From positions 1-16,380 of the forward strand of contig CAVWLW010000015.1 in NCBI GenBank assembly GCA_963755715.1: a stretch of DNA of 16,380 nucleotides. The letters run 5' to 3'. Of the stretch, positions 1 to 9,500 are shown piece by piece. Source of the DNA: an uncultured delta proteobacterium. GTDB lineage: Bacteria; Desulfobacterota; Binatia; UBA9968. The stretch's first letter is position 1; each line of letters starts with the position of its first letter. The position numbers and the translations under genes are program-made. Under the pieces are notes generated by a model. It searched no databases, had not been told where the DNA came from, and worked only from the letters and a program-made list of their open reading frames with translations.

Positions 1-145
1 AGATCGGCGCGAAGTCCAGACCGGCGGTCGACGTCGCCAATCTAATTTTGGTGAGCGGCTTCGCTTGTCCCATCACCGGCGTTGAAGCACTACTTAAAAG
101 GAAGAGATACGCGAGCAAGACCAAGCCGAGTTGTTTACTTTTCAC
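1..145 (-). CDS. ABC-type substrate-binding protein (NMT1/SsuA/TauA-like), N-terminal part; runs off the window edge
   Basis: Not in the ORF track. GTG at 145 is preceded by GGAGG. It translates as MKSKQLGLVLLAYLFLLSSASTPVMGQAKPLTKIRLATSTAGLDFAPI, a signal peptide followed by the 'KIRLA...P' start shared with the other SBPs here. Confidence 0.7.
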   Translation of the reverse strand, partial: MKSKQLGLVLLAYLFLLSSASTPVMGQAKPLTKIRLATSTAGLDFAPI

Positions 146-174
146 TAAGAGTTCCTCCCAAGGAATCACTTTCG

Positions 175-1018
175 CTAGTTTGAAGAAAGCAAATAATTGA
201 TCGGCAATTTTTCGGCGCGATAGTATTCCTGCAAAAATTCATCCTGATTCGCATAGCGGCGCTTGGCTATGAGCCGGCCCTGAAACGAGACGATCAACGG
301 ATCGACATCGAACGGGTAAGGCGATGACCGCGGCGCGGCTTTCGTCTTTGATCGTGAAAGTTAGAATCGTGTCCTCTTTGCCGGGTCGGGTGGGCACAGG
401 CACATTGCTCATCGTATTGCTCGGGCCATTCTTTCGCTGCGCGCTGTTGAACGGATAGCGATTGCAAACGAACTGGCCCATCTGATCGTAGACTTCCATC
501 AGTTTAAAGTTCGTCCACAATTGCTCATTGGATACGTGGCCGCAGTATTCCTGGGAACTTTTTAATTTTTCCATGAGCTCGGCGCGATAGCTTTCCTGTT
601 CGGTGAGAAATTCTTTGACCTCGGGATAAACCGCGTAATCCGGCATGTATGGGAGCAACCCCCGGCCTTGAGTGAGCAGACCGTCGGAGTGGAGAGAAAC
701 GATATAGCCCGCATAGGGATCTTGCTCAGCGAGGCGATGGATGCCATGGCGGTAAAAATCCAGCCAGACTTTGCCGCCGAGATGTTTGATGCTGCCGATA
801 TAATCCGGCGGCAATCCTTCGTCGTTGACCTGCGGCTTGATCTCCCAGTCCCACCAGCCGGTGTCGTGCTCCTGAGCGGCTAAGACCATCGCGGCGTAAG
901 GAGAAGGTCGCGCGAAAGTGTCATTGCCCCAATGGGCCGCGAACCAGCCGGTGACTCTCGAGTGATCGACCTGGAGGATCAGCAACAATCGGTTCTCATC
1001 ATAGGGGCAAACCATCAT
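175..1018 (-). CDS. DUF3891-family protein (putative HD-like metal-binding protein), ~280 aa, one frameshift near 325
   Basis: ATG at 1018 follows GAGGAGG; the ORF-track extension to 1225 overlaps the upstream gene. Motifs are QVDH, AAHWGN, EHDTGWWDWE, SLH and EVYDQ. Removing one base near 325 restores SPYPFDVDPLIVSFQGRL...EYYRAEKLPINYLLSSN* (stop at 175), collinear with the paralog at 7583-8429. Confidence 0.75.
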
Positions 1019-1043
1019 AAGATGTGTCCTCCTCAAATCGCGC

Positions 1044-2009
1044 TTAAGCCAGCAGCCGTCGAACGGTGCCGCCGAAGATGCCGTCGAGCTCGGCGTTCGA
1101 CCAGGATCTCGCTTGCAGCGCGGCAACCGTGTCTTTCTCGGCGTTCGGCACATGCGGCACATCCGTGCCGAAAACCAGTGTGTCGACGCCCCAAGTCGCG
1201 CGAGCGCATTCCAATGCCGGACCATGAGTACACGCCGTGTCGAAGTAACAGCGGCGTAAATAATAACTGGGCGGGTGCGGGCAATTCGAATAACGTTGGT
1301 AGCCGCGATCGATGCGGTCCAAGATCATCGGCAAACCGCCGCCGAGGTGCGACCAAACGATCTTTACGTCGGGGCACTCTTCGAGAGTCCCGGAGAGAGC
1401 GAGCTTCGTTGCCGCCATCGCCGTTTCACCCGGATATCCGACGGAAAGAAAGGTTCCGGGATCGTTCTGCGGCGCATCGCAGGGGCAGGTCGGATGCACG
1501 AGCACCATGAGCTTGCGGCGGCTCATCTCGCGCCAAAAGTTTCGGAGCTCGGGCGCCTGCAATTGAAAGTCGCCGACATTAGTTGCGATGCCGACGCCGG
1601 CCGCGCCCATACCGAGAGCGCGATCCAACTCGTGCACCATCTCGTTATGCTTCGTGCACGGCAGTACCGCGACAAAGCGAAACCGACTTGGATATTGCCG
1701 GCAAACCGCGGCAAGCCCGTCGTTGACAAAGCGCGCTGCCGCCGCGTCGCCGGAGCCGGCCCAGCCAATATTTAGCGCGCCCACGGAAAGTATCGCCATG
1801 CCAATTCCCGCTTGGTCCATCGACGCTAGTCGCTCAGGCAAATCGTCCTGCTCCGCGGGCATCGACATGACGTGGCTGCCACGATAGAGGAGCGACTGGC
1901 CGCGCGGATTATCGATGAGCTTGAAGTCGGCGCGGCTCTTGATCACTTCGGTGAAACAGCCCGCGGGATAGATATGGGCATGAACGTCGATCATTTGCTG
2001 AACGGTCAT
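1044..2009 (-). CDS. Amidohydrolase family 2 protein (ACMSD/LigW-like metal-dependent decarboxylase or hydrolase)
   Basis: 321-aa ORF with DVHAH (HxH), 'ARFVNDGLA', VLVHP, SHLGG, YFDT and FGTD motifs typical of Amidohydro_2. Confidence 0.85.
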   Translation of the reverse strand: MTVQQMIDVHAHIYPAGCFTEVIKSRADFKLIDNPRGQSLLYRGSHVMSMPAEQDDLPERLASMDQAGIGMAILSVGALNIGWAGSGDAAAARFVNDGLAAVCRQYPSRFRFVAVLPCTKHNEMVHELDRALGMGAAGVGIATNVGDFQLQAPELRNFWREMSRRKLMVLVHPTCPCDAPQNDPGTFLSVGYPGETAMAATKLALSGTLEECPDVKIVWSHLGGGLPMILDRIDRGYQRYSNCPHPPSYYLRRCYFDTACTHGPALECARATWGVDTLVFGTDVPHVPNAEKDTVAALQARSWSNAELDGIFGGTVRRLLA

Positions 2010-2022
2010 CGGGATTTACTCA

Positions 2023-4352
2023 TCATAAATTAGCATCCGAAGTTTCTCCGGCAGCTTCGCGGTCTTTTAGCAGCTGCAAAATGTAGTCCGGTTTGAGCGG
2101 CAATTTTTTGACTTCGACACCCAACGCATTGGATACGGCGTTTGCCAACGCCGCACCCGCCGCGGTGATGCCGCCTTCGCCCGCTCCCTTCACGCCGAGG
2201 GGATTATGCGGGCTCGGAAAATCCTCCGTGGAGATAAGCTGCGCTTTGGGCATCTCCATCGCCGTCGGCAGCAAATAGTCCATGAAGTTCGTCGACAACG
2301 GTTGCCCGTCTTCATCGTAGACAAACTCTTCCAGCAGCGCGCCACCGATTCCTTGTGCCAGACCGCCGGCCATTTGGCCTTCGATGATCATGGGATTGAT
2401 TTTTCGGCCGACGTCTTCAGTCACGAGATAATCGAGGATCTTGATTTTGCCGGTTTCCTTGTCGACTTCCACCGCTGCTACGTGCACGCCGTAAGGAAAC
2501 GGCCGCTTATCAGTGGCGAAAAAATCTTCTTCGGAAATCCCGGGCGTCATGCCGCTTTTGAGCGCCGGACCGGGCAACGCCAAGCGCGCGAGCTCGGCGA
2601 AGCCGAGAGACCGTTCCGGCGCGCCGCGGGCAATGACGCGGCCATCGCTAAGAATCAGGTCAGCGGTATCGATTTCCAACTTAGCCGATGCCAGCCGCAA
2701 GAGTTTGTCTTTGACTTTACGCGACGCGCCGACCGCGGCGCTGCCCGCCATCACCGTGGAACGGCTGGCGTTGCTGCCGTTGCCGTAAGGAACTTTCGCC
2801 GTGTCGCCGTGCACGACGCGGACATTCTCTATGGCAACTTGCAGCTCATCGGCAACGATCTGGCTCAGCGCCGTCGCGATGCCCTGGCCGACCGAGTTGC
2901 AGCCGGAGTAAAGGACGACCTGGCCGGCATTGTCGACTTCGATCCGAGCATACTCCCATGGGCCGATGCCACTGGTTTCGACGAAGCAGCCGATGCCGAC
3001 GCCGACAGCGCGGCCTTCGAGCTTTGCCGCGGCGCAGGTAGCCTTGAGATCTTCATAGCCGAAGCGCTCCAGCGCGCGCTCGAACTGGCCGGGCAAGTCG
3101 CCGGTGTCATAAACCATGTAATGAAATGGATGCTTGCCGAGATCGTAAGGCATTTCTTCATGGCGGATCAGGTTGCGTCTTCTTACGTCGGCGGGATCGA
3201 GCTTGAGACGATGCGCGATGATATCTATTAACCGTTCGCGGACGAAATTCGCTTCGTAGCGTCCCGGGCTCCGGTAGGTGCCTACGGGCGTCTTGTTGGT
3301 CAGAACGCAGAAAACGTTGCAGCGATAGTTTTTTACTCGAAACGGTCCGCGCAGCATGGCCGAAGCGGCGATGGCGGGGACGCCGCCATGGGTGCTGCGT
3401 ATAGCCGCCCATGTCGAACAGAATCTCGGCGTCCATCGCCATGATCGTGCCGTCTTTCTTCACGCCGATTTTTACCCGGTGATTTTGCTGGCGCGACTGG
3501 TTCATGGCTTTGAGATTTTCCGAGCGGTCTTCGATCCAGCAAATCGGTTTCCGAAAATGCCTGGCGGCGAAGGGAATCAGAAAATCTTCCGGATAGAATT
3601 CGCCGCGCGCGCCAAAGCCGCCGCCGACTTCCGGCTCTATAAAGTGAATACAGCTCTGCGGCAGACCGATGAGGTCGGAAAGAATGCGCCAATTGGTATG
3701 GGTCATCTTGGTTGGACCCCACATGGTCAGAAGCCCGCGTCCCTCGTCCCACTCCGCTACCAGGCCGCGATTCTCCAGCGGAACGGCGGAATGACGCTGG
3801 GTCGAAAATTCCTCCTCGACGATTAAGTCGGAATCGCGGAAAGCGGCGTCGACATCGCCGACGTTAACTTGAAAATTGGCCGCGATGTTGTTCGGCACCG
3901 CGTCATGGAGCTGCGGCGCGCCCGGTTTCATGCTCTCGCTAGCGTCGATGACGGCGCCCAGCGCGGCGTATTCAACGTCGATCAATTCGAGCGCGTCCTC
4001 AGCGATATAACGATTCTCCGCGACGACCACGGCGATGGGGTCGCCGACGTAGCGGACTTTCGTGGTCGCAATCGGCGTTTGTTGCGAGCGCTCCAAGCCG
4101 GGAATGACTCCGGTGCGCATGGGAATAGTTTTCAGCTCCCGGCATGTCGGCGGCCGTCAGGACGCCGACGACGCCGGGGAATTTCAGCGCAGCCGCCGCA
4201 TCGATTTTGACGATGCGCGCATGCGCGTGCGTGCTGCGCAGAATCGCGGCATGCACCATGCCGGCGCGGTGAATATCGCCGACATATTTGCCGATGCCGC
4301 GCAAAAGCCGCACGTCTTCTTTCCGCTTAACTCTTGAGCCGATGTAGGGCAT
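2023..4352 (-). CDS. Xanthine dehydrogenase family molybdopterin-binding large subunit (CoxL/CutL-like), ~775 aa, two frameshifts (~4136 and ~3396)
   Basis: ORF pieces 3999-4352, 3158-4120 and 2023-3357 join on removal of two single bases, giving DMPGLKTIPMRTG and DMGGYTRTHGGVPAIAASAMLRGP. Motifs are RKEDVRLLRG, ILRSTHAHARI, VRYVGDPIAVVVA, VGGGFGARG, GQG, DVGRKINPMIIEGQMAGG and KGAGEGG (catalytic Glu). Confidence 0.9.
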
Positions 4353-4425
4353 TGAGGTTCTCGTTCCTTGTATCTTCAGACGCGCTGCTGTCGAGTCACT
4401 TTGTCGCCTGGAAAGTCACTCTCCA

Positions 4426-4577
4426 TCCGTCATTCCGGCGGAAGCCGAGCCTTATCGTCACCCCGGTGAAAACCGGGGTCCATCCCGTCCTCTTTAAACT
4501 GGATACCGTTTTCCAACGGTATGACGAGATCCTTCGGTCTATCACCTCAGGATGCCGGCATTCGCCGGCATGACGGA
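4426..4577. repeat. Nested REP/BIME-like palindromic elements in the intergenic region between the S and L subunit genes
   Basis: Outer inverted termini TCCGTCAT (4426) and ATGACGGA (4577); inner termini TCGTCA (4455) and TGACGA (4527). Perfect hairpins: CCCCGGT-GAAA-ACCGGGG (4461-4478), ATACCGTT-TTCC-AACGGTAT (4503-4522) and ATGCCGGC-ATTC-GCCGGCAT (4552-4571). Confidence 0.7.
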
Positions 4578-4584
4578 CTTCACT

Positions 4585-5106
4585 TCACGGGCAAAGGGAT
4601 TTCAACCATCCCAAAATGAAATTAAGATTTGGCGTTATTGACTGATTCGCCGCTTCCTGGATCGCGGTGACGATATTTTGATAGCCGGTGCACCTGCACA
4701 GGTTGCCGCTGAGCCATTCACGAATCTCCAGTTCGCTTGGATTCGGTATCTCTTTTAATAATGCTTCCGCGGTGAGCAAGATTCCCGGCGTGCAAAAGCC
4801 GCACTGCAGGCCGTGCAGTTCCCAGAACTTTTCTTGCAGCGGGTGCAGCTCGGTTGCGTTCGGCGCGATGCCTTCCACGGTTTTTAGATCAGCGCCGTTC
4901 ATTTGAACGGCGAAAAGCAGGCAGGAGCGCACCGGCTCGCCGTTGAACAGGATCGTGCAAGCGCCGCAAACGCCGTGCTCGCAACCGACGTGGGTGCCCG
5001 TGAGTCCGAGATCGTCACGCAAGAAATCGGTGAGAAGCTTGCGCGGTTCTACTTCGCCGGCATATTCGTGGCCGTTGATTGTTAGGCGTACCTGACGGGT
5101 GCTCAT
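4585..5106 (-). CDS. Molybdenum hydroxylase small subunit, 2x[2Fe-2S] (CoxS/CutS-like)
   Basis: [11 protein letters not shown]...SC and QCGFCTPG...GNLCRCTGY motifs. The start overlaps the stop of the M subunit gene (ATGA). The last ~20 residues look non-conserved. Confidence 0.93.
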   Translation of the reverse strand: MSTRQVRLTINGHEYAGEVEPRKLLTDFLRDDLGLTGTHVGCEHGVCGACTILFNGEPVRSCLLFAVQMNGADLKTVEGIAPNATELHPLQEKFWELHGLQCGFCTPGILLTAEALLKEIPNPSELEIREWLSGNLCRCTGYQNIVTAIQEAANQSITPNLNFILGWLKSLCP

Positions 5107-5987
5107 TGCGGCTTTCCTTTCATCTGCTCGGCTGCCCGCTGTGCCGCTTGAGTCAGCGCGCGTCGCGCCAGGGCTGCGCAGGCGTCGCGGCGGTACTCAG
5201 CGCTGGCGTGAATATCTGAATCCTGTTCCAAGTTCTCAGTTGCGCGTCGCGCGGCGTCGCGAAACAGCGCTTCCGACGGCCTTTGCCCGAGCAAACACTC
5301 TTCCGCTTTACGCACCCGCATCGGCGTTGTGCCGGTGAGCGTAAGCCGGGCATGATGGATGCAGCCGTTTACATCGAGAGCGAGGACCGACGCTGCTCCC
5401 GCCAGGGCAAAATCGCCATGTCGACGGCTGACTTCTTGGTACGACCAACCGGCATTCGCCGGCAACACCGTGACGGCTATTTCCAACAACAGCTCGTCCG
5501 GCTGCAGCGCGGTGGTCATGTAGGAAAGAAAAAAATCTTCAGCGCCCACGGAGCGCCGGGTCGTCTTCGCCGCCAGGACCATCGACGCGTCCAGCGTTAC
5601 CATGGCGACGGGCAATTCCGCCGAAGGAAAGGCGTGCGCCAAACTGCCGCCGACCGTGCCGCGGTTGCGTATTTGAATATGGCCGATAAAAGCAGCGGCG
5701 TCGCGCAGCAGCGGCCAACGCTTGGCAACCTCAGGCGAACGCTCGAGCTCGCGCTGGCGGGTCGTCGCGCCGATGTGCAACGCATGATCGTCCGCTCTCA
5801 AATAGCTCAGCTCATTGACGCCATTCAGATCGATCAGATGCGCCGGCCGGATGAGACGAAAATTCATCAGCGGCACGAGACTCTGGCCGCCGGCAAGCGG
5901 GCGCGCTTGATCGCCGAACTGCGCCATCAAGCCCAGCGCTTCGTCAACGGTGGTTGGATCGTGGTAATCAAATTTTGCCGGTTTCAT
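5103..5987 (-). CDS. Molybdenum hydroxylase medium subunit, FAD-binding (CoxM/CutM-like)
   Basis: MKPAKFDYHDP start with LAGGQSLVPLMNFRL, QIRNRGTVGGSLAHA, RRHGDFALAG and DIHASAEYR motifs. Confidence 0.93.
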   Translation of the reverse strand: MKPAKFDYHDPTTVDEALGLMAQFGDQARPLAGGQSLVPLMNFRLIRPAHLIDLNGVNELSYLRADDHALHIGATTRQRELERSPEVAKRWPLLRDAAAFIGHIQIRNRGTVGGSLAHAFPSAELPVAMVTLDASMVLAAKTTRRSVGAEDFFLSYMTTALQPDELLLEIAVTVLPANAGWSYQEVSRRHGDFALAGAASVLALDVNGCIHHARLTLTGTTPMRVRKAEECLLGQRPSEALFRDAARRATENLEQDSDIHASAEYRRDACAALARRALTQAAQRAAEQMKGKPQ

Positions 5988-6081
5988 ATTCGATTCGTTT
6001 GCATCGACTTCATATCGGAATGATGAATCGCTAAAATAATTGCTTTACGTGCGCGGATCAATCGCAACCGCGAGGCGGCTT

Positions 6082-6846
6082 TTACCACATCACCTGGCCG
6101 CCATTGGGTTGAATCAGCTGGCCGGTAATAAAGCTGGCGCGGTCGCTCAGCAAAAAATCCACCACAGCCGCGACTTCCTCGGGCCGCCCGAGCCGCTTGA
6201 TCGGCAGCCGGCTTTCGAAGACGTTGCGGGCATTGGCGTATTCTTCCGGAGTCCTTCCCGCGCGAAGCAGTGGTGTATCGATAGGGCCAGGACCAATGGC
6301 ATTGACGCGGATGCCGTGGCTTGCGAATTCGAGCGCCAACGATTTCGTGAGGGAATACAACGCCGTCTTTGCCGCGCAATAATTCGCCGCGTTAGGAACG
6401 CCGACGATCGCGAAGTCGGATGATGTAATCACGATCGATCCGGATTTTTGTTCGACCATATGCCGCAGTACCGCCTGGCAAAAGTTGAAGGTTCCGGTGA
6501 CATGCGTGTCGATCAGCAAAGACCATTGCGCGAGAGTCATGTCGGCAACGGTTGCACGGGCGTTGAGTCCGGCGTTGCTGAACAGACAATCGATCTTGCC
6601 AAATTTTCCGATGACTTCAGCGATCCAAGCTTGCACTTGGGCCTGATTGCGCACGTCGACGATGCCAGTGTAAGCCGTATGGCCGGCCGAGCGAATCAGT
6701 TCGGCGCTCTCATTGATTCCGTCTTCTTTGAGATCGCAGATGCACACCGAATCGCCGCGCTGCGCCAAACGGACCGCCGTGGCTCGCCCCATGCCGCTGC
6801 CGCCGCCGGTGATGACGGTGACGCGGGAATCCCGCGCCGCTACCAC
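6082..6846 (-). CDS. Short-chain dehydrogenase/reductase (classical SDR, FabG-like)
   Basis: TGGGSGMG Rossmann motif, SNAG, catalytic YCAAK, IRVNAIGPGPIDT and FITGQ. GTG start with GGAGG upstream, overlapping the end of the preceding SDR. Confidence 0.9.
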   Translation of the reverse strand: MVAARDSRVTVITGGGSGMGRATAVRLAQRGDSVCICDLKEDGINESAELIRSAGHTAYTGIVDVRNQAQVQAWIAEVIGKFGKIDCLFSNAGLNARATVADMTLAQWSLLIDTHVTGTFNFCQAVLRHMVEQKSGSIVITSSDFAIVGVPNAANYCAAKTALYSLTKSLALEFASHGIRVNAIGPGPIDTPLLRAGRTPEEYANARNVFESRLPIKRLGRPEEVAAVVDFLLSDRASFITGQLIQPNGGQVMW

Positions 6847-7565
6847 AGTGTGGAACCTCCGTTGACGCGCACGTCTTGGCCGACGAGGTAGGAACTGTCG
6901 TCGCTCAACAAAAACATGCAGGCTTCGGTCATATCCTTTACGTCGCCGATGCGACCCAACGGGATTCGGGATTTTCTCGACTCCATGATTTCATCGGACA
7001 GTACAGCGCGCGGCATCGGCGTGTCGGTAATCACCGGCGAGATCGTGTTCACCCGGATGTTTTCAGCGGCGGATTCGACGGCGAGAGAGCGCGCCAATCC
7101 GAGGATACCGCCTTTGGATGCCGCGTAATGCGCGACATTGACTCCGCCGGTGCGCGCGGCCATCGACGAGAACATGACGATGCGGCCGAATTTTCGCGGC
7201 CGCATGAAACGCAGCGCGGCGCGACAGCAAAGGAAATAGCCCGTCAAATTGATTTGCAGTGTGCGCTGCCAATCTTCATACGAAAGCTCCAAAAAAGGCC
7301 GCGGACGATAGATCCCCGCGCAGCAGACCAGATAATCGATGTTGCCGGCAGTCTTGCCGATGGCGTCGAATGTCGTGTCGACCGCCGCTTCATTGGCGAC
7401 ATCGACGGTGTGAAAGCTCCATTCCGACGCATGCGCTGGTTTCAAATCGAGCACATGCACGATAGCGCCTTCATCGTGCAGCCGCCGCGCGATCGCGCCG
7501 CCAATCCCGCCACTGCCGCCGGTAATGACCGCAACGCGGCCGTGGTGTTCATTTGCTTGAGGCAC
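6840..7565 (-). CDS. Short-chain dehydrogenase/reductase (classical SDR, FabG-like)
   Basis: TGGSGGIG, CCAG in place of NNAG, FSS, catalytic YAASK, IRVNTISP and YLVGQ..VNGG. Confidence 0.9.
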   Translation of the reverse strand: MPQANEHHGRVAVITGGSGGIGGAIARRLHDEGAIVHVLDLKPAHASEWSFHTVDVANEAAVDTTFDAIGKTAGNIDYLVCCAGIYRPRPFLELSYEDWQRTLQINLTGYFLCCRAALRFMRPRKFGRIVMFSSMAARTGGVNVAHYAASKGGILGLARSLAVESAAENIRVNTISPVITDTPMPRAVLSDEIMESRKSRIPLGRIGDVKDMTEACMFLLSDDSSYLVGQDVRVNGGSTLW

Positions 7566-7582
7566 TGTTTTTCCAATTCGCC

Positions 7583-8429
7583 TTATGCCGACGCCAGCGT
7601 GTGATTCACGGTAATGCGCTCGGCGCGATAAAACTCGCCGAGAAAGTCTTCGCCGTCTTTGTACGTCCGGTTCGGTACCAAGCGCGCGCTGAACGAGACT
7701 GGTAGCGGATCGATGTCAAAAGGATACGGTCGCAGCAGCGCCTTGTTTTCACCGATCGTATCGATATTGATTTTCACCGCCGGCTGGCCGTGTTTCGTCG
7801 GTATATCGACATTATTCAGCGAATTTGTCGGGCCGAGCTTGCGCGCCTTGCTGTTCAACGGATAACGATTGCAGACAAACTGCGCCAATTGATCGAAGAC
7901 CTCCATGTATTCGTAGTTGGTCCATATCTGCTCCTCTGAACAATGTTGCTTGAACTGTTCGGATTGGCGCAGCTCTTCGAGTAGCTTTAGCCGCAGCGTC
8001 TTCCTGGTGATCGACGTACGCCTTCACTCGCGGGTCTGAAGTGCGGTCAGGTGGATAGGCATATTTCCCATAGCCGGCGTTCATCAGCGCGACGCCGTGC
8101 ATCGCCATCAACATGGCCGAGTAAGGGTCGCGGTTGAGCACGCGGTCCACCGAGTTTTTATAGAAATCGAGCCGGAGTTGCCCGAGATATTTGAGGCTGC
8201 CGTCGTGATAGTCGAGAGGGAACCCCTTGTCGTTGAGCGCCGACGGTTTCATCTCCCACTCCCACCAGCCGATGTCATGCTCGGTGGCGGCCAATACGAC
8301 GGAGGAATAAGGCTCGGGTCGATCGAAGTGTGGGTTGCCCCAATGAGCGGCGAAGTAGCCCGCCACCCGCGAGTGGTCGATCTGCAGCGCCAAGATGATC
8401 CGCGCATCGTCGTATGGATAGGCCATCAT
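7583..8429 (-). CDS. DUF3891-family protein (second paralog), ~281 aa, one frameshift near 8000
   Basis: GGAGG before the ATG at 8429. Motifs are QIDH, AAHWGN, EHDIGWWEWE, AMH and EVFDQ. ORFs 7812-8429 and 7583-7906 join on removing one base near 8000 (DHQETLRLKLLEELRQSEQFKQHCSEEQIWTNYEYMEVFDQ). Confidence 0.75.
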
Positions 8430-8484
8430 AATTTTTCTACCTCCTCGAAATTAACTTGCCCCGATTCCGAACCGGACGGGCTGC

Positions 8485-9462
8485 TTACGGTTTCTTCCCT
8501 GATAGCTCGTTCCGCGCTTCTTTGACAAACTGGAAATCGACGACGCGAGACAAGGCAACACGGTTTTTGATCGCTCCGGTCTGTCGGGCAATTTCCAGAT
8601 CCTTCTCGATCACTTCATCCGCGACGACGCCGTTCGGCGGATACGCCTCAACCATTTGGCCATAAGCCTCCTCCGCTTGTTCGATCCGAATCTTGAACCA
8701 CTCGACCATGATGCCGGCGACTTCTTTCTTATTTTTTGCGTCTCGGAGGAAGTCGATGCCTCTGAGAGTTGCGCGTACCGCCCGGCGCAAGAGATCCGGT
8801 TTTTTAGCGATATTCTCGTCTGAAGCGCCCAGCCCGGCCATGGGCAATCGCATAACATCGCCGAAGTACGCCAGCTTTCGCAAGCCGGCTTTCTCGGCTA
8901 CCGTTTGCCATGGCACCGAAATTACCGCCGCGTCGACGTGGCCATTTTGCATCGCTTGAATGCTCGTATTGTGATCTCCGGTCACGACCAAAGCGACGTT
9001 CTTATCGGCATCCAAATTATTCTGCGCCATGAATTCCTTGGTCATGAGGTGAACAGAGCCGCCGAGCGAAGCGATGCCTACGGATCTGCCTCTGAGCGCG
9101 CTGACACTATTCACGCTGGGTTTCGCGACGAGATAGTACGCGGGCCGATCGGCAACGACCATGAGACTCTTCACCGGCATACCCTGCGCGGCTGCGCGCA
9201 CGATGGAGCCATGAGCCGTGGCGAATTCAACCTGTCCCGTCACCACCGCCGTCACGCTGATATTCGGTCGCATGAGTATCAGCTCAGGCCGCAAGCCTTC
9301 CTGTTGATAGAAGCCGAACTTGCTCGCTGCCAACATCGGCATTGTGGTGAAACTCGTCGATGGATAGGCGATTCTGATGTTATCGACCGCCGCCACCCGC
9401 CATGGGTGGCAAACTATCGCGAGTAAGATCAGCGCAAACAGCAATGCCGGACAAGTGCTCAT
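8485..9462 (-). CDS. ABC-type substrate-binding protein (NMT1/SsuA/TauA-like), ~325 aa
   Basis: Likely start is the ATG at 9462 (MSTCPALLFALILLAIV... signal peptide); the ORF-track start at 9657 overlaps the upstream gene. Family-like segments are IRIAYP, GFYQQEGL, LRGRSVGIASLGGS and GHVDAA. Confidence 0.85.
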   Translation of the reverse strand: MSTCPALLFALILLAIVCHPWRVAAVDNIRIAYPSTSFTTMPMLAASKFGFYQQEGLRPELILMRPNISVTAVVTGQVEFATAHGSIVRAAAQGMPVKSLMVVADRPAYYLVAKPSVNSVSALRGRSVGIASLGGSVHLMTKEFMAQNNLDADKNVALVVTGDHNTSIQAMQNGHVDAAVISVPWQTVAEKAGLRKLAYFGDVMRLPMAGLGASDENIAKKPDLLRRAVRATLRGIDFLRDAKNKKEVAGIMVEWFKIRIEQAEEAYGQMVEAYPPNGVVADEVIEKDLEIARQTGAIKNRVALSRVVDFQFVKEARNELSGKKP

Positions 9463-9500
9463 CTGAAGAAATTGATTTTGCGCTCTCGCCACGGAAAATC

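Noticed and set aside
3390-4140. Programmed frameshifting or a naturally split large subunit
   Set aside because: There are no slippery heptamers at the shift sites, and similar single-base indels are scattered across unrelated genes.
4334-4573. 79-aa plus-strand ORF over the S-L spacer
   Set aside because: It runs through the palindromic repeats antisense to the operon and has no protein-like features.
4426-4577. CRISPR array or tRNA
   Set aside because: There are no identical direct repeats with regular spacers, no cas genes and no cloverleaf; the pattern is inverted hairpin pairs.
2023-5987. Aerobic CO dehydrogenase (coxMSL) assignment
   Set aside because: The gene order matches, but the AYxCSFR loop is absent (TYRSPGR here) and no coxDEFG accessory genes are present.
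2206-7604. Long plus-strand ORFs such as 2206-3231, 5283-6023 and 6876-7604
   Set aside because: They are antisense shadows of well-supported minus-strand genes in GC-rich DNA and have no recognisable motifs.
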